Part shown: piece by piece, positions 24,151 to 36,545 of the stretch
Position numbering within the stretch: position 1 is the first letter of the stretch
How the letters are laid out: the number at the start of each line of letters is the position of its first letter
Assembly (NCBI RefSeq): GCF_964194155.1
Contig: NC_135908.1
Location: 4,650,001 to 4,714,000 of the forward strand
Length of the DNA: 64,000 nucleotides
Source of the DNA: Cetorhinus maximus
Lineage: Eukaryota
Direction: 5' to 3'
The notes under the pieces: generated by a model
The model's database searches: none
Seen by the model: the letters and a program-made list of their open reading frames with translations, nothing else
What the model was told of the DNA's origin: nothing
Program-made: the position numbers and the translations under genes

Positions 24151-24370
24151 AAGGACAATTAAAAAAAAAGACTGTTGGCTGTTTTTCCACATGAATGAGA
24201 GCCAAATGATGACAATTATGCTTTTGTCAAAATGAGTGTGGAGTGGGGTGGGGAACCCTATAATGCAACAATGCCAAACATTAAACAGTCAAACCATTAC
24301 ACTTCATTGAGTTAATGGTACCACTTATCATTCCTGCCTTGCTAGTTCATAAAGGGGTTTCAAGTCTTAC

Positions 24371-24544
24371 CTCCGTAAAGATAAGCGTGTGGTTCATTAG
24401 CTCCCAGGAACATGGCTTCCCCGGGTTGCAGATTCACATGGTTCAGAAAGTAAATGACGAAACACCCGACATCTCCCGGAAACTGGGAATGCAACCGTAG
24501 TAACAGCTCACCGTTACTTCCTGTAGTGTCCTTTCCTGCAGCAG
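24371..24544 (-). CDS. MPI: MPI exon 6
   Basis: 174 nt, tgttgtgtag|CT...GGA G|gtaaga; [45 protein letters not shown] includes the zinc-ligand His of EPHAY. Confidence 0.96.
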
Positions 24545-24911
24545 CTACACAACATGGGACATCTGTTAGTTCTGAACTGTGGCATTTACTGCATAAAATG
24601 GTGCCATTGCAAGTGAAAACATTAAAATGGCAAATATTAAAATCTAAAAACATGAAAATGGTACAAGTACGAAGCACAGTCAGTAGAGGTTAATCTTCCA
24701 GCTGGCCGTGTTTAACAGCTCCATTGAGGGAGCATGCCTGAAACAATGACTATTCTTTCTTTCCAAACTTATCAACTTATTGTGCAAATTACAGCATTTT
24801 ATTTTCCAGCATCTGCAGTTCTTTTATAGAATTTAAACCACGTAGATGTGACCAAAATCACAAAGGTCTTTCCACTAGTGAGAGGGTCAGTAACCACAGA
24901 ACACAGGTTTG

Positions 24912-25009
24912 TCTGATGAAGGGTCATACGGACTCGAAACGACAACTGTATCCCTCTCCGCAGATGCTGTCAGACCTGCTGAGTTTTTCCAGGTATTTTT
25001 GTTTTTGTT
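24912..25009 (+). mobile_element. 98-bp Penelope-like micro-insertion starting at the hammerhead core
   Basis: tCTGATGAagggtcatacggactcGAAAcgacaactg...gatgctgtcagacctgctgagtttttccagg; TSD acaggtttg at 24903-24911 and 25010-25018. Confidence 0.8.
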
Positions 25010-25018
25010 ACAGGTTTG

Positions 25019-25415
25019 AGGTGATCTTATTGAAACATATAAGATTCTGAGGGGCCTTGGGATAGGTGGATGCTGAGAGGATGCTTCCCCTCGTGGGAGA
25101 GACTAGAACTAGGGGACATGGTTTAAAAAATAAGAGGTCTCCCATTTAAAACAGAGATGAGAAGAATTTCTTTCTCTCAGAGGGTTGTGAATGTTTGGAA
25201 CTCTCTTCCCCAGAACGTGGTGGAGGCAGAATCAATGAATATTTTTAAGGCAGAGGTAGATGGATTCTTAAATAACAAGGGAGTCAAAGGTTATCGAGGG
25301 AGGCGGAATTTGGAGTTGAGGCCACAATCAGATCAGCTATGATCTTATTGAATGGCGGAGCAGGCTCAAGGAGCCAAAAGCCCTACTCCTGCTCCTAATT
25401 CATATGTTCGGATGT
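25019..25415 (+). mobile_element. CR1 LINE 3' end nested in an older CR1 fragment
   Basis: DLIETYKILRG...RTRGH...MRRISFSQRVVNVWNSLPQNVVEA and 3' UTR ending ctactcctgctcctaattcatatgttcggatg. Confidence 0.8.
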
Positions 25416-25945
25416 TAAAAGTACCAGAGGGGAGATGAGGAGAATCTTTTTTAACACAGTGAGTCATTATGATCTGGAATGCACTGCTTGAAATGGAAGG
25501 TGGAAAGAGATTCAATAGTAACTTCAAAAGGGAATACTAACTTCAAAAGCCACCGACCTGCCGATAAGGCACTTCATTTAGGCACTGGCAGTCCTTGTGG
25601 ATGAAGATCACATGGCACTACTTGAAGAAAAGGGAGTTCTCCTGGTGTATTGGACAACATCACTCTCTCACCAACTGGTCATTCATCTTATTACTGCTCA
25701 GGGGATCTTGCTATGTGTAAAATGGCTGTGATACATATTTGCATAACAGTAGCTGCACTTCAAGTAATTGTCAGTGAGACATTTCTGACAGCTGTGACGT
25801 GGTAGGTAAATGCAAATATTTAAGAGTTCCATAGGTCAACACTTAATCAAAAAAAATTTCACGATAAACATTAGTTCAGTAATTGCAAACTATTTTACAT
25901 TTGACTTTAACCCTGTTCTTTAGTCGAATTATTAATATCACAAAC

Positions 25946-26125
25946 CTTCTTGCAACACCCTTTTCACCAACATGTTCAGCTGGTCAACAAAGGTTTTCTT
26001 TTCACAGTTCATCATTCTGGTAAAGCATTTCTTCAAAGCAGCAGATACCCGGTGTGAGTCACCCGTACTATTTTCAAGTATTTCTGCAGCTTCATTGCCA
26101 ATCACTGCGTGGAATTCCGGGACAT
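25946..26125 (-). CDS. MPI: MPI exon 5
   Basis: 180 nt, tttattacag|AT GTC CCG...GAA G|gtttgt; (N)VPEFHAVIGNEAAEILE...CFTRMMNCEKKTFVDQLNMLVKRVLQE. Confidence 0.94.
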
Positions 26126-26274
26126 CTGTAATAAAGCGGACGCCCATCAGAGGCGAAAAGGAAAACAGTACAGATCAGAAATTTGCTAAATGCTGGAAGC
26201 TTCAGTTTCCATCTGAAAGAGAAAGGCAGGCTAATACTTTGGGTGTAATACTTCATCAGAATAATTAGGATACA

Positions 26275-26940
26275 AACAAATGAACTAGGAGTAGGCCATT
26301 CAGCCCCTCGAGTCTGGTCTGCTATTCAGTAAGATCACGGCTGATCTGATTGTGGCCTCATGTCCACATTCCCACCTACCCCTTGTCAGTCAGGAATCTA
26401 TCTACCTCTGCCTTAAAAATATTCAATGACCTAGCCTCCACAGCTCTCTGCGGAAGAGAGTTCCAAAGGCTCATGATGCTCCGAGAAAAAAAAATTCCCA
26501 TCTCCATATTAAATGGGAGACCCCTTATTTTTAAGCCGTAGTCCCCTAGTTTTAGTTCCTCCCATAAAGGGGAAACATCATTTCAGCATCTACCCTGTCA
26601 AGCCCCTCAGGATCTTAACTGATCACCTCTCATTCTTCTAAACTCCAATGGCTACAGGACCAGCCTGTCCAACCTTTCCCCCTAAGATAACCTCCTCCAA
26701 CCAACCCAGCATCCCTGGTATCAGTCTAGTGAACCTTCTCTGAATTGCTTCTAATGAATTTTTATCCTTACTTAAATAAGGAGACCAAAACTGTACAAGT
26801 TCCCCAGATGTGGTCTCACCAACATCCTGTACAACTGTAGCAAACGTCCCTGCTTTTATATTCCATTTTCCTTGTACTAAATGAGAACAGTCCATTTGTC
26901 TTCCTAATCACTTGCTATAGCTGCAGACTACCTTTTTGTG
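26275..26940 (-). mobile_element. CR1 LINE 3' fragment
   Basis: Minus-strand VQFWSPYLSKDKNSLEAIQRRFTRLIPGM and 3' UTR aggagtaggccattcagcccctcgag. Confidence 0.8.
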
Positions 26941-26965
26941 GACAGTGGTGGGGTGGGGGGGGGTG

Positions 26966-27007
<42 letters not shown>

Positions 27008-27981
27008 GACAGAATATCAGCCAAAATTCCTGTTCATAATTAATGCTGACAATGGCTAAAGTGCACATCTGCAGATTTTAGATGAGGAGAGGGGCAGGCT
27101 TCACTGAGAGGGCTCACACAGTTGAACACATTCAATTTTTTAGAATAACCACTTATGCAAGGTATTGGAGCATACTGTTTGAATGAGGAACCCATGACCC
27201 CATGTAAGTCATTCCCATTAGGAAAGGAAAGGTAAAAGGACAATATCAGGACAGGATAAAGAAACTAGGGTCATTAAACTATTTTTTAAAGTTTGATTTA
27301 TTAGTGGATATGCCATTGACTTTTCAAAATACCTTTTCATTAATAAGTTATAAACAGGTAGCACGGTGCGATTGATATTAGTAAGAACTTGCATTTGTAT
27401 GTTGCTTCATCACATCCTCAGTCCATCACAAAGCTTGTTATAGCTGATTGATGAACATTCAATTTAAAAAGGTAAATTCAGCAACCAATTTGCATACAGC
27501 AATATCTGACACATAGTGTATCAATGAATGTCCAGGTAACACTATTTTGTTGGTATTAGCTGAGGAAAGATTGGCTGGAACACCAGGTGCACTCCTTGCT
27601 CTTTTTAAAATTGTGACACACAACCTTTTATGGCCACCTGAGCAGGCAAATGGCTGGTATCTCCAACAATGCAGTCATCCCTTATTACCATACCCAAGTG
27701 TTAGCCCAGATGTGTTCAAGGCAATAGTGTGGCTTAAGGCCAGAACCCTCAGTCCTGACAGTAGGAATGCTGCCAAATGAGCCCATTTGATCACTGATCG
27801 TTTAGATTTCACACACAGTAACATGTTAACAGGAGGACTGAACTTTCAAAACTGCTCCAGAGATTCCAAGGCATAACATGACAGTATATTTAGCATAAGG
27901 AAAAAGCACACAGTATTTTATCTATAAGTCTATGATCAAAATTTGCTTGAGTTCTTACCAATACATTAGAAATACTCTTAC

Positions 27982-28123
27982 TTTTCAAAAATTCAATAAT
28001 TTCCTCCACTGGTCTAAAACCGCACAGCCCTTCAAATGGAGTCAGTGCTATGGCCACTTCTGGTTTGTGGTTTTTATCTGGGTAGCGATCTGGAAACTGA
28101 GCATGGAGTCGTACAGCTAGTTC
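27982..28123 (-). CDS. MPI: MPI exon 4
   Basis: 142 nt, tcttttccag|GAA...AAA A|gtaaga; [25 protein letters not shown] carries the type I PMI signature YxDxNHKPE. Confidence 0.97.
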
Positions 28124-29685
28124 CTGGAAAAGACACAAACTCTGTAAAACTATGAGCCATGCAGCACTGACTAATCTCTGTACAATTCAGAAAAAGGCCA
28201 TATAAGTTATATAACAATACAGTACGGCATGCTGCTTTCTGTAAAAAAATATACGTGTTTATATTTTTCAACGTGCTTGAGCTCTGGGACAGGAGGCAGG
28301 GACAGGATGAAGCACTTCCAGGTGTAGCAAAAACTTAGGGTCAATCTCAATTCATTCTGTCCAGTGTGGAGGCATAACTTTACCCACTTTGCTCCAGTTA
28401 AGTGGGAAGAGTTCTGCTTCATTATTTTTGGCAAAATCATAAATAAATGTATAAATAACACATTTATGACTTTACAAACAGTAGAAAGTGGATATAAAAG
28501 CTGTTTCACTGACTTAACTCCAACCTGAGGAGAGTTCCTTAATGTGCCCATGTAAATAAACATCAGCTATACTTATGGTCTCCAGTGAAAGTGGCAATCA
28601 GATTGCATCAGTTAAATTAAGGATAGTTCTGTACTGTGCATTTGTCTTTAACTGAGACAGCTCAAACTTTACTTCATTTAGGACCCTTACAGTTGGCAGA
28701 GAGACAGGAGGCTTTTGATCAATCAGCCTTGGCTGGAATTAAAAATACCAGAGGTGAAAGTAGGGCATGTAAACCACTCAGTCGCCAATGTGCAAAAAAG
28801 GACTACAAACTGAAACATTTTCTTTGTTTCAGCATATTTGGAAACACTAAATTTTATTTATGCTCAGATGGGTCAATGTACACATCTAACTAATCTGCAC
28901 AGTTGGTTGTTATAAGCAGGTGCATGCACTTTGTCAGTCTAGTTGGAAGGGTATATACAAAATGTTGCATGGTTGTTCACTCTGCCTATACACTTGGTCA
29001 ATGTGGGCAATGGTCCAATGCATTCTCTTTCACTCTATACCACTGATTTTGTCGGGATTCCAAATTAAGCAGTTTGCCATCCTACAAAATTTTTCTTTTT
29101 AATTGTCTTTAGCATCCCAAAGAAAAGGCAGTGAAATGTACACAGTTCGATCTGATTCCCACTGTAATCGGAGATCAAACTGGGACCCATGAGGGAATAC
29201 CTGAATTCAACGGATTTCTGCCAGTCTGGAGTCAGACAGATTGGCATAAGCAGAACAAGCATAAGGTTTTGACAGTTCTGCATTAACTTATTAACACATT
29301 CTTTACATTGCTGGATACCAGTAAGATATTATTCTGTAACAATAGGAACGTTTTCCTGTGGGCAACTGCCCCCCTATCTTTAAAAGGCAGGACACAGGCA
29401 TCTGGAAGTGTGTCAATAGCTGGAGATGGAAATCACTGTCAAAGGTAAGAAGTTTTGCTTTTGCACGAGATACATTTCAGCACAAAGCCTTTTGAAATGA
29501 CATTCAGGTTCCACACCAAGCTTTCCTTTCTTAGAAGCACAATTTTGCTCAGGACTTAAGATTCTAGGTGTACAAAAAATATGTCCAAGATCAAAATGTA
29601 GATTCCATGCAAATTTGCATAGTGGTAATTTGCCCGTTTAACTAGGAACACTCTTAAAGTCGTAATTAATCGTTTCTTCACTTAC

Positions 29686-29886
29686 TTTGTTTGGGTGAGC
29701 TTGAATAGATAACGAGATGTTGACCGAAAGCACCTTGAACAGAAAAGGCAGCTGCCCTTGGAAAATATCTTTGACCTTTGACCCCAAACAGTCGGGATGC
29801 TCAGCAATCCATTCCCCAAGAGTCTTCTGGGAAATTCTGTTGTCGCAGATCATGGCGTCCCCTTTGGGATGTGCCCCCATCCATAA
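29686..29886 (-). CDS. MPI: MPI exon 3
   Basis: 201 nt, ttttctattag|TTA TGG ATG...AAC AAA|gtaagt; [11 protein letters not shown]...[22 protein letters not shown]. Confidence 0.97.
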
Positions 29887-30264
29887 CTAATAGAAAATCA
29901 CAACAAAAGAGCAGCACTTTTCAAGCAAGCTAATCATTTTTGTATTTTGCCAGATTGTAAAATATGTTTTCCTTAATTATTTTGCACATTTTAGTGTTCT
30001 TATGTTTTGATGTTGCTCATTAACAGGGGAACAGCATTAAAATTGCAATATGTTATGAATAATTTTGCATGTTCTGTGCGTTTTTTAAACTGCCACCTGA
30101 ACTTATTGGCACTCCTCCTTCCCCAACTGGACTGCAAGTGACCCAATGCTGTCCAGAGCAGAGAAGTATAATTTACCACAATACAGCTGCTTATACAATA
30201 CTCACCAGAACACTCTGTCCAGAACTGACATTTCAGTAAGTGGGGCAGTTCTTTTATTTCTCTT

Positions 30265-30570
30265 CCTTCTCCTTCAGATACCATGCCCTAAGAGGGCATT
30301 GGTGACCATGGACTTTCATTGGATTGGTCCATGATTACACTTCACAAAGTACTGCAGTGGTATGCCATTGCCTTCTGCAGTATGGCTGACCAGGAAGCTC
30401 TCTCGCTCTTACTGCTTGCTACCAGGCGTATTGGAAGGATTTTACAGGCTGCTAATCAAGCTGTTTGGCCATGTTGTGAATGCACTTTCCATGGCCATCA
30501 AGTCCTGAAGTAGAACTTGAGCCTGGAGCTTCTGGTCCAGAGGTGGAGACGCTACCCACTGCACCACAAC
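30265..30570 (-). mobile_element. tRNA-headed SINE with an RTE/Bov-A-like 3' part
   Basis: Minus strand: A-box-like GTGGTGCAGTGGGTAGCG, decayed B-box GGCTCAAGTTC, and GAAGGCAATGGCATACCACTGCAGTACTTTG, resembling the RTE-derived motif GAAGGCAATGGCAnnCCACTCCAGTA. Confidence 0.55.
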
Positions 30571-30590
30571 GAATCTCATTCTTGTCTGTA

Positions 30591-30805
30591 ATATAGGCAA
30601 AATACTGCGAATGCTGGAGATCTGAAATAAGAACAGAAAGTACTGGAAAAACTCAACAGGTCTGGCAGCATCTGTGGAGAGAGAGATACAGATAACATTT
30701 CGAGTCCAATATAACTCTTCTTTGGTGTTTTAGAAAATTTCATAAAAATGTAAAACTTTTTTTAAAAACCGCTCAGTTTTTCCATTACTTTCTGTTTTTA
30801 TTTCA
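30591..30805. mobile_element. Older short Penelope-like inverted-tail insertion
   Basis: Minus arm gcaaaatactgcgaatgctggagatctgaaataagaacagaaag...tttcgagtcc and short plus arm ctcagtttttcc...; TSD attcttgtctgta (30578-30590) and attcttttctgta (30806-30818). Confidence 0.65.
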
Positions 30806-31605
30806 ATTCTTTTCTGTATCTGTCCACAAGTGAATTTGCACATCAAGCAAACCTTCAGGTTTAGTCATGGAGGCAAAAACCCCAGGATAAGAAATAGTTG
30901 GATACTGGCATTTTGTGGTGTGGGGAGGAATTGTAGACCTTTCTACGTAGAGGACAAATTAGATTGGGCTGAATAGCCTAGATAAATATGGATGAGGAAG
31001 GTCATAACATCCAGTAACTACATCCACTTGAACAGGCCTTTTTCACATCTGGTCCAAAAGGCACATCTGACAGTGTAGCACTCTTTCCACACAGCACTGA
31101 ATTGCCAGTCTAGATTACGTGTTCAAATTACTGAAATGAAGCTTGCTAACACAAACTTCTGACAACTGAAAGCACCACTGCTGAGCCATGCTGATTCGAA
31201 AGCTCTTAAAATTATTATATTAAGCAGTTAAAGAGTAGTTATGAGCACAGCATCACAAGAGAGTGGAGATGCAGCCTCATGTCAATGTGCCACATCCCCA
31301 AGCCTCTGGTCTATCCACCTTCCCTATCTGCAGAACTGAGCAGGGACCGAGCACGACTGCTGAGAGAAAAACGGAGAGCCCACCCCAGGGTGATCTCTCC
31401 TGGGCACCTGGCTCAAAGCAGCACTGATGGAGGCCAGAGAAGCACCAACATTAACGGAACAGCCAGCGAAAAAAATAGGAAAATAAAGTTCACTCTCTCC
31501 CAAAAAAGTAGTTTACTGACAGCATGACCCTTATTGAAAGCTGATCTCCCACTCAAAACAACCACCTCAGATTCTGTTTACATAAAGTGAAGTGAACAGC
31601 AATAC

Positions 31606-31733
31606 CTCAGCATAGGGTTTCTCCTGCTCAATGGCTACAGAGGGATCATCACATAAAGTGAGTTTTGCCACCTCACTCTCCAGGCCAACCTTCCCCCAGG
31701 CATAATGCTGCACGGCACACTTCAGCGGGAACA
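31606..31733 (-). CDS. MPI: MPI exon 2
   Basis: 128 nt, ttttgtttttccag|TG TTC CCG...GCT GAG|gtattg; (V)FPLKCAVQHYAWGKVGLESEVAKL...KPYAE. Confidence 0.96.
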
Positions 31734-34700
31734 CTGGAAAAACAAAAGATTGATGATCTCTATTGGTCTCAAAATTACAACACAACATGTGGTGCAGGTT
31801 GGAAGAAAGATACAGGCCTCGGTTTTAACTTTCCAACCAATCATGCAGTAAGAAAGCTGCAAATCTACGCAGAACAATGCAAAAGGTTATTTTTACAATT
31901 CAAACAGGACTTTGAGTTTGCCCCTCCCACTTGCATCCAATCTCCAGGTTCATATTTGCATCAGACAAGCCAGGAGGGAGACGCATGAATAGATAGGTAG
32001 AATACTTCTTACCTTAATGTGCTTACACAAGTAAACTGCCAGTAGCACTGCCCATGATTAATTGATAAGTACGCATTCTTTTAAATTCCAATATTGTGAC
32101 AATGGTGGACAAGGGGTCTTAGAAATGCAGGACACCGAGCTATCTAATGGCCAGAGCCTCACTGCAAAAGCTCATCAAATGGGAAATGTTGACAGCCATT
32201 GACAAAGTCAGATGTTGACACAAACTTTACCTAAAATACTAATAACCAGGATGTGAGTGCCTTATTCTCAAAAACTTTGCATATGTTTGTATTGCTATCC
32301 CCACACAACACTTAAAAACCCTGGAATCCCAGGAAATAATAAACTATTTCATGACTTAATCAGTCCCTGTGACCTGGTGTAATATATACTGGGGGAAAAA
32401 AATTCCCAGGAATAAACTAGGAGTTATTTAATGATGGAACATTGCGGCGATAGTGTTGCAATTATTAATCTTTACCTGACAGGGTCATTGAGCATCCACA
32501 CAGAGCATATTATCACATTGACAGCTGCTCTAACCACAAAAGCAAATCTAAAATAGATACACACCCGGCAATGATTACACAAGTACAATCTTACCTGCGA
32601 GTCACATGTGACATTCAAAAACCAACCAGCTGGCTCAGTGGGTGAATGCAGTCACAGAGACCAGGTTTAACCAGAGCTCTCTGACGCTAGCAGGTGCAGC
32701 AATTGGGCCACTACATTTGAGCTTGGGACGATCACTCCTCAGTGACTCCTACAGATCATAATGACAGGCAAAGACACAAATCATATTCAACTGCGATGCC
32801 CTCTGCAGTTGAACAGGCTTGGGCACAGTACCCCGCAAGAAATCAGCACCTTAATTTTAAAGACCTTAATCAGATGACCTCTAAGTCTTCCTGTTTCTCA
32901 ATCCACATGGTGTCCTTCTGAACTCTTACAGGCCAGAGTATTCAAATCCTAGTCTATCACAAGGTAGCTGATCCCTGTCAGAGTGAATAAAACATTTATT
33001 CAACCTAATTGCACTTTTGGGCATGAACGGAATCCTTAAACTAAACGACCAACTTGAAATCGTTCCAAGTTATCTGTTATACTACCTTAAAATTCTGATA
33101 TGAGCTCCATTGCTAGAATATCTCCTTCGAATCACTCCCAAGTATCCCATTCATGTATCTAGAACATGTGCTTCATTCATTATCTTACAAGTTGATTAGC
33201 AAGCCTAATGTAAACTTTCAGCAACTGGGCACCTTCCAAACAGTATCAAAGTCTATGTCCAAGGGTTTGCCCACTATGGACAAAGTACTGGGAAAGTTCC
33301 ACACAGTCCTTCTTTGCTTATATGATTATTGATTTACCCCATGGCAATTTTTCTTTAAAAAAACTTTTGTTTTCTTTAATTAATCTGCTAGGCTGCATTT
33401 TACTGCTGGCCGTGCAGATAGACTGGCTGAATGCTATTCACTACTGGTTCACTGTAATAGAAGAATCTGACAGCAAGGTTGCCATCTCTGACTAATTTTT
33501 GCCATGTGGTCTTCAATCCTTGTGCAGACATGTCTTCCATGCCAAGATTCTGTCCTGTACCTGGAGCTGTACCTCCACAATGAATACTTTGCCTGTCACT
33601 CTCTAAAATATCTCCTAGACCTGCAATAAAAACAAGCAATGACTGAATTATAAAGTCTAGGGGATGCCCAAGTTACAAAAGATGCTTTTTCTACCTGTAT
33701 TTCATAAAGGCTGAGAACTATATTAGAACCTCTTCGTAATAACATACAGAACATCCTTAATGGTTCTCAGGATCTTAACATTGCAATTTCTCTGTTCAAT
33801 GATTTTAAACATTCAGATTAGAAGGATGAACCTGTTGACAAGATGAATGAGTGCAGAAATGATGAGAGAGATGAGGAAACCTTTTCTTTAAATGCGCCAA
33901 GTTATGACCTAAAATATGCTGTCAGAAAGAGTGGTGGTAGCAGATTCAATAATAACTTTCTAAAGGGGGTTGGAGGAAAAAGAAGAAAAATGGCAGAACC
34001 ATGAAAAAGAGCATGGGGGTGGGGGTGGGGGTGGTAATTGGATAGTTATTTTTTAAAGAACCAGGACAGGAACAAAGAGCCGAATTGTCTCCTTCTGTGC
34101 TGTGAGAATCTATGTAAATTCTGGAAAAATACCCATGAATAACACCAATCTCATTTTATTGCATTACACAGAAAGGATATGATTGATTGATTATTCACTA
34201 ATATCTGGTTTCGAAATCAGTCCACAATCTGCACATCAGTGTGGATTTAAAATTTTTCAGGTCATTTTTCATTTTATTTGCCTAACAGGACATAAATGAT
34301 CACATGCTGCCAAGCCACGAAGCATGACATATGTTCCATTGTCTCTTGAATGATGAACAGGTACAAGTTCACTCGTTGCTTATAAATCAAGTCCTTTTTT
34401 GACTAAATTAAGGGTGCATGGAGTCCAATTTTAAATCATAGCAACAATACATTACAGCTCAAAAAGTCAGTCCCTGAACTGTTTTCACAATAACTACGTC
34501 AAACTTATTGATCTATCTGTTGCTGATCATTCCAAGAACGTAGTAGCCAGGTCAAGAAAGCCACAAATCAGCACATACCTGCTGGGGCCAAACAAGGAGG
34601 TAAGGGCCCGTGGGATCCACGGCAATTTGGCAAATTAGATCCAAAATTGGTTTAGTGGCAGGAGGCAGAGGGTAATGGTCAAAAGTTGTTTTTGCGATCG

Positions 34701-35090
34701 GAAGCCTGTGACAAGTGGTGTACCCCGCAGGGATCAGTGCTGGGGCTCTTGCTGTTTGTAGTGTACATTAATTATTTAGACATGAATGTAGGAGGTATGA
34801 TCAGTAAGTTCGCAGATGACACGAAAATTGGTGGTGTCGTAAACAGTGAGGAGGAAAGCCTTAGATTACAGGACGATATAGATGGGCTGGTAAGATGGGC
34901 AGAGCAGTGGCAAATGGATTTTAATCCTGAGAAGTGTGAGGTGATGCATTTTGGGAGGACTAACGCAGAAAGGGAATACACAATGAATGGTAGGACCCTA
35001 GGAAGTACAGAGGATCAGAGGAACCTTGGTGTACATGTCCATAGACCCCTGAAGGCAGCAGCACAGGTAGATAAGGTGGTTAAGAAAGCA

Positions 35091-36545
35091 AAAAGCTAAA
35101 AGCTACTGCGGATGCTGGAAATCCAAAACAAAAACAGAATTACCTGGAAAAACTCAGCAGGTCTGGCAGCATCGGTGGAGAAGAAATCAGTTAACGTTTC
35201 GAGCCTTCACGGCCCTTCGGCAGAACTGAAGCATAGTTAGGAGAGGGGTGAAATATAAGCTGGTTTAAGGTGGGGGGGGGCGGGGGGGGAGAGAGAAGTT
35301 GAGGGTGTGGTGATTGTGGAGATAAGCAAGCAGTGATAGGAGCAGATAATCAAAAGATGTCACAGACAAAAGGATCAAAGAGGTGTTGAAGGTGGTGATA
35401 TTTGTCTAAGAAAAGTGCTAATTAAGAATGGAAGACAGGACACTCAAAGTACAGCTCTAGTGGGGGTGGGGTGGAAAAGACTAACAAGGTTTTAGTTTTA
35501 GATTTAAAAATAATGGAAATAGGTGGGGAAAGAAGAATCTATATAAATTATTGAAAAAAAAGGTGGGGGGTGGGAGAAACGGGGTGGGGATGGGGGGAGG
35601 GGGAGTTTAAGATCTAAAGTTGTTGAATTCAATATTCAGCCCGGAAGGCTGTAAAGTGCCTAGTCGGAAGATGAGGTGCTGTTCCTCCAGTTTGCGTTGG
35701 GCTTCACTGGAACAATGCAGCAAGCCAAGGACAGACATGTGGGCAAGAGAACAGGGTGGAGTGTTAAAATGGCAAGCGACAGGGAGGTTTGGGTCTTTCT
35801 TGCGGACAGACCGCAGGTGTTCTGCAAAACTGGGCGACCGTTTTGCAGAACACCTGCGGTCTGTCCGCAAGAAAGACCCAAACCTCCCTGTCGCTTGCCA
35901 TTTTAACACTCCACCCTGTTCTCTTGCCCACATGTCTGTCCTTGGCTTGCTGCATTGTTCCAGTGAAGCCCAACGCAAACTGGAGGAACAGCACCTCATC
36001 TTCCGACTAGGCACTTTACAGCTTTCCGGGCTGAATATTGAATTCAACAACTTTAGATCTTAAACTCCCCCTCCCCCCATCCCCACCCCGTTTCTCCCCC
36101 CCCACCACCTTTTTTTTCAATAATTTATATAGATTCTTCTTTCCCCACCTATTTCCATTATTTTTAAATCTAAAATTAAAACCTTGTTAGTCTTTTCCAC
36201 CCCACCCCCACTAGAGCTGTACTTTGAGTGTCCTGTCTTCCATTCTTAATTAGCACTTTTCTTAGACAAATATCACCACCTTCAACACCTCTTTGATCCT
36301 TTTGTCTGTGACATCTTTTGATTATCTGCTCCTATCACTGCTTGCTTATCTCCACAATCACCACACCCTCAACTTCTCTCTCCCCCCCCGCCCCCCCCCA
36401 CCTTAAACCAGCTTATATTTCACCCCTCTCCTAACTATGCTTCAGTTCTGCCGAAGGGCCGTGAAGGCTCGAAACGTTAACTGATTTCTTCTCCACCGAT
36501 GCTGCCAGACCTGCTGAGTTTTTCCAGGTAATTCTGTTTTTGTTT
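35091..36545. mobile_element. Palindromic Penelope-like insertion (two inverted arms of about 708 bp, 9-nt spacer)
   Basis: Left arm about 35123-35830 (minus) and right arm 35840-36548 (plus) are near-perfect reverse complements; mirrored ORFs end ...FAEHLRSVRKK...LNIEFNNFRS; exact 14-bp TSD tggttaagaaagca at 35077-35090 and 36546-36559. Confidence 0.95.
36442..36484 (+). ncRNA. Minimal type I hammerhead ribozyme motif (mirror copy at 35187-35229, minus)
   Basis: tcagtt CTGCCGA a gggcc gtgaa ggctc GAAA CG TT aactga: helix I tcagtt/aactga, helix II gggcc/ggctc, palindromic ACGT in place of helix III, as in Penelope-associated dimeric hammerheads; core position 6 is C rather than A. Confidence 0.72.

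Noticed and set aside
28050-28070. MPI HKPEV in place of the usual HKPEM
   Set aside because: Conservative change just outside the YxDxNHKPE signature; the zinc ligands and catalytic Arg motif are intact, so there is no sign of pseudogenisation.
35607-36063. Two mirror 147-aa ORFs suggesting a bidirectional gene
   Set aside because: A consequence of the palindrome: each is half antisense and half the GIY-YIG C-terminus, with no real ATG start.
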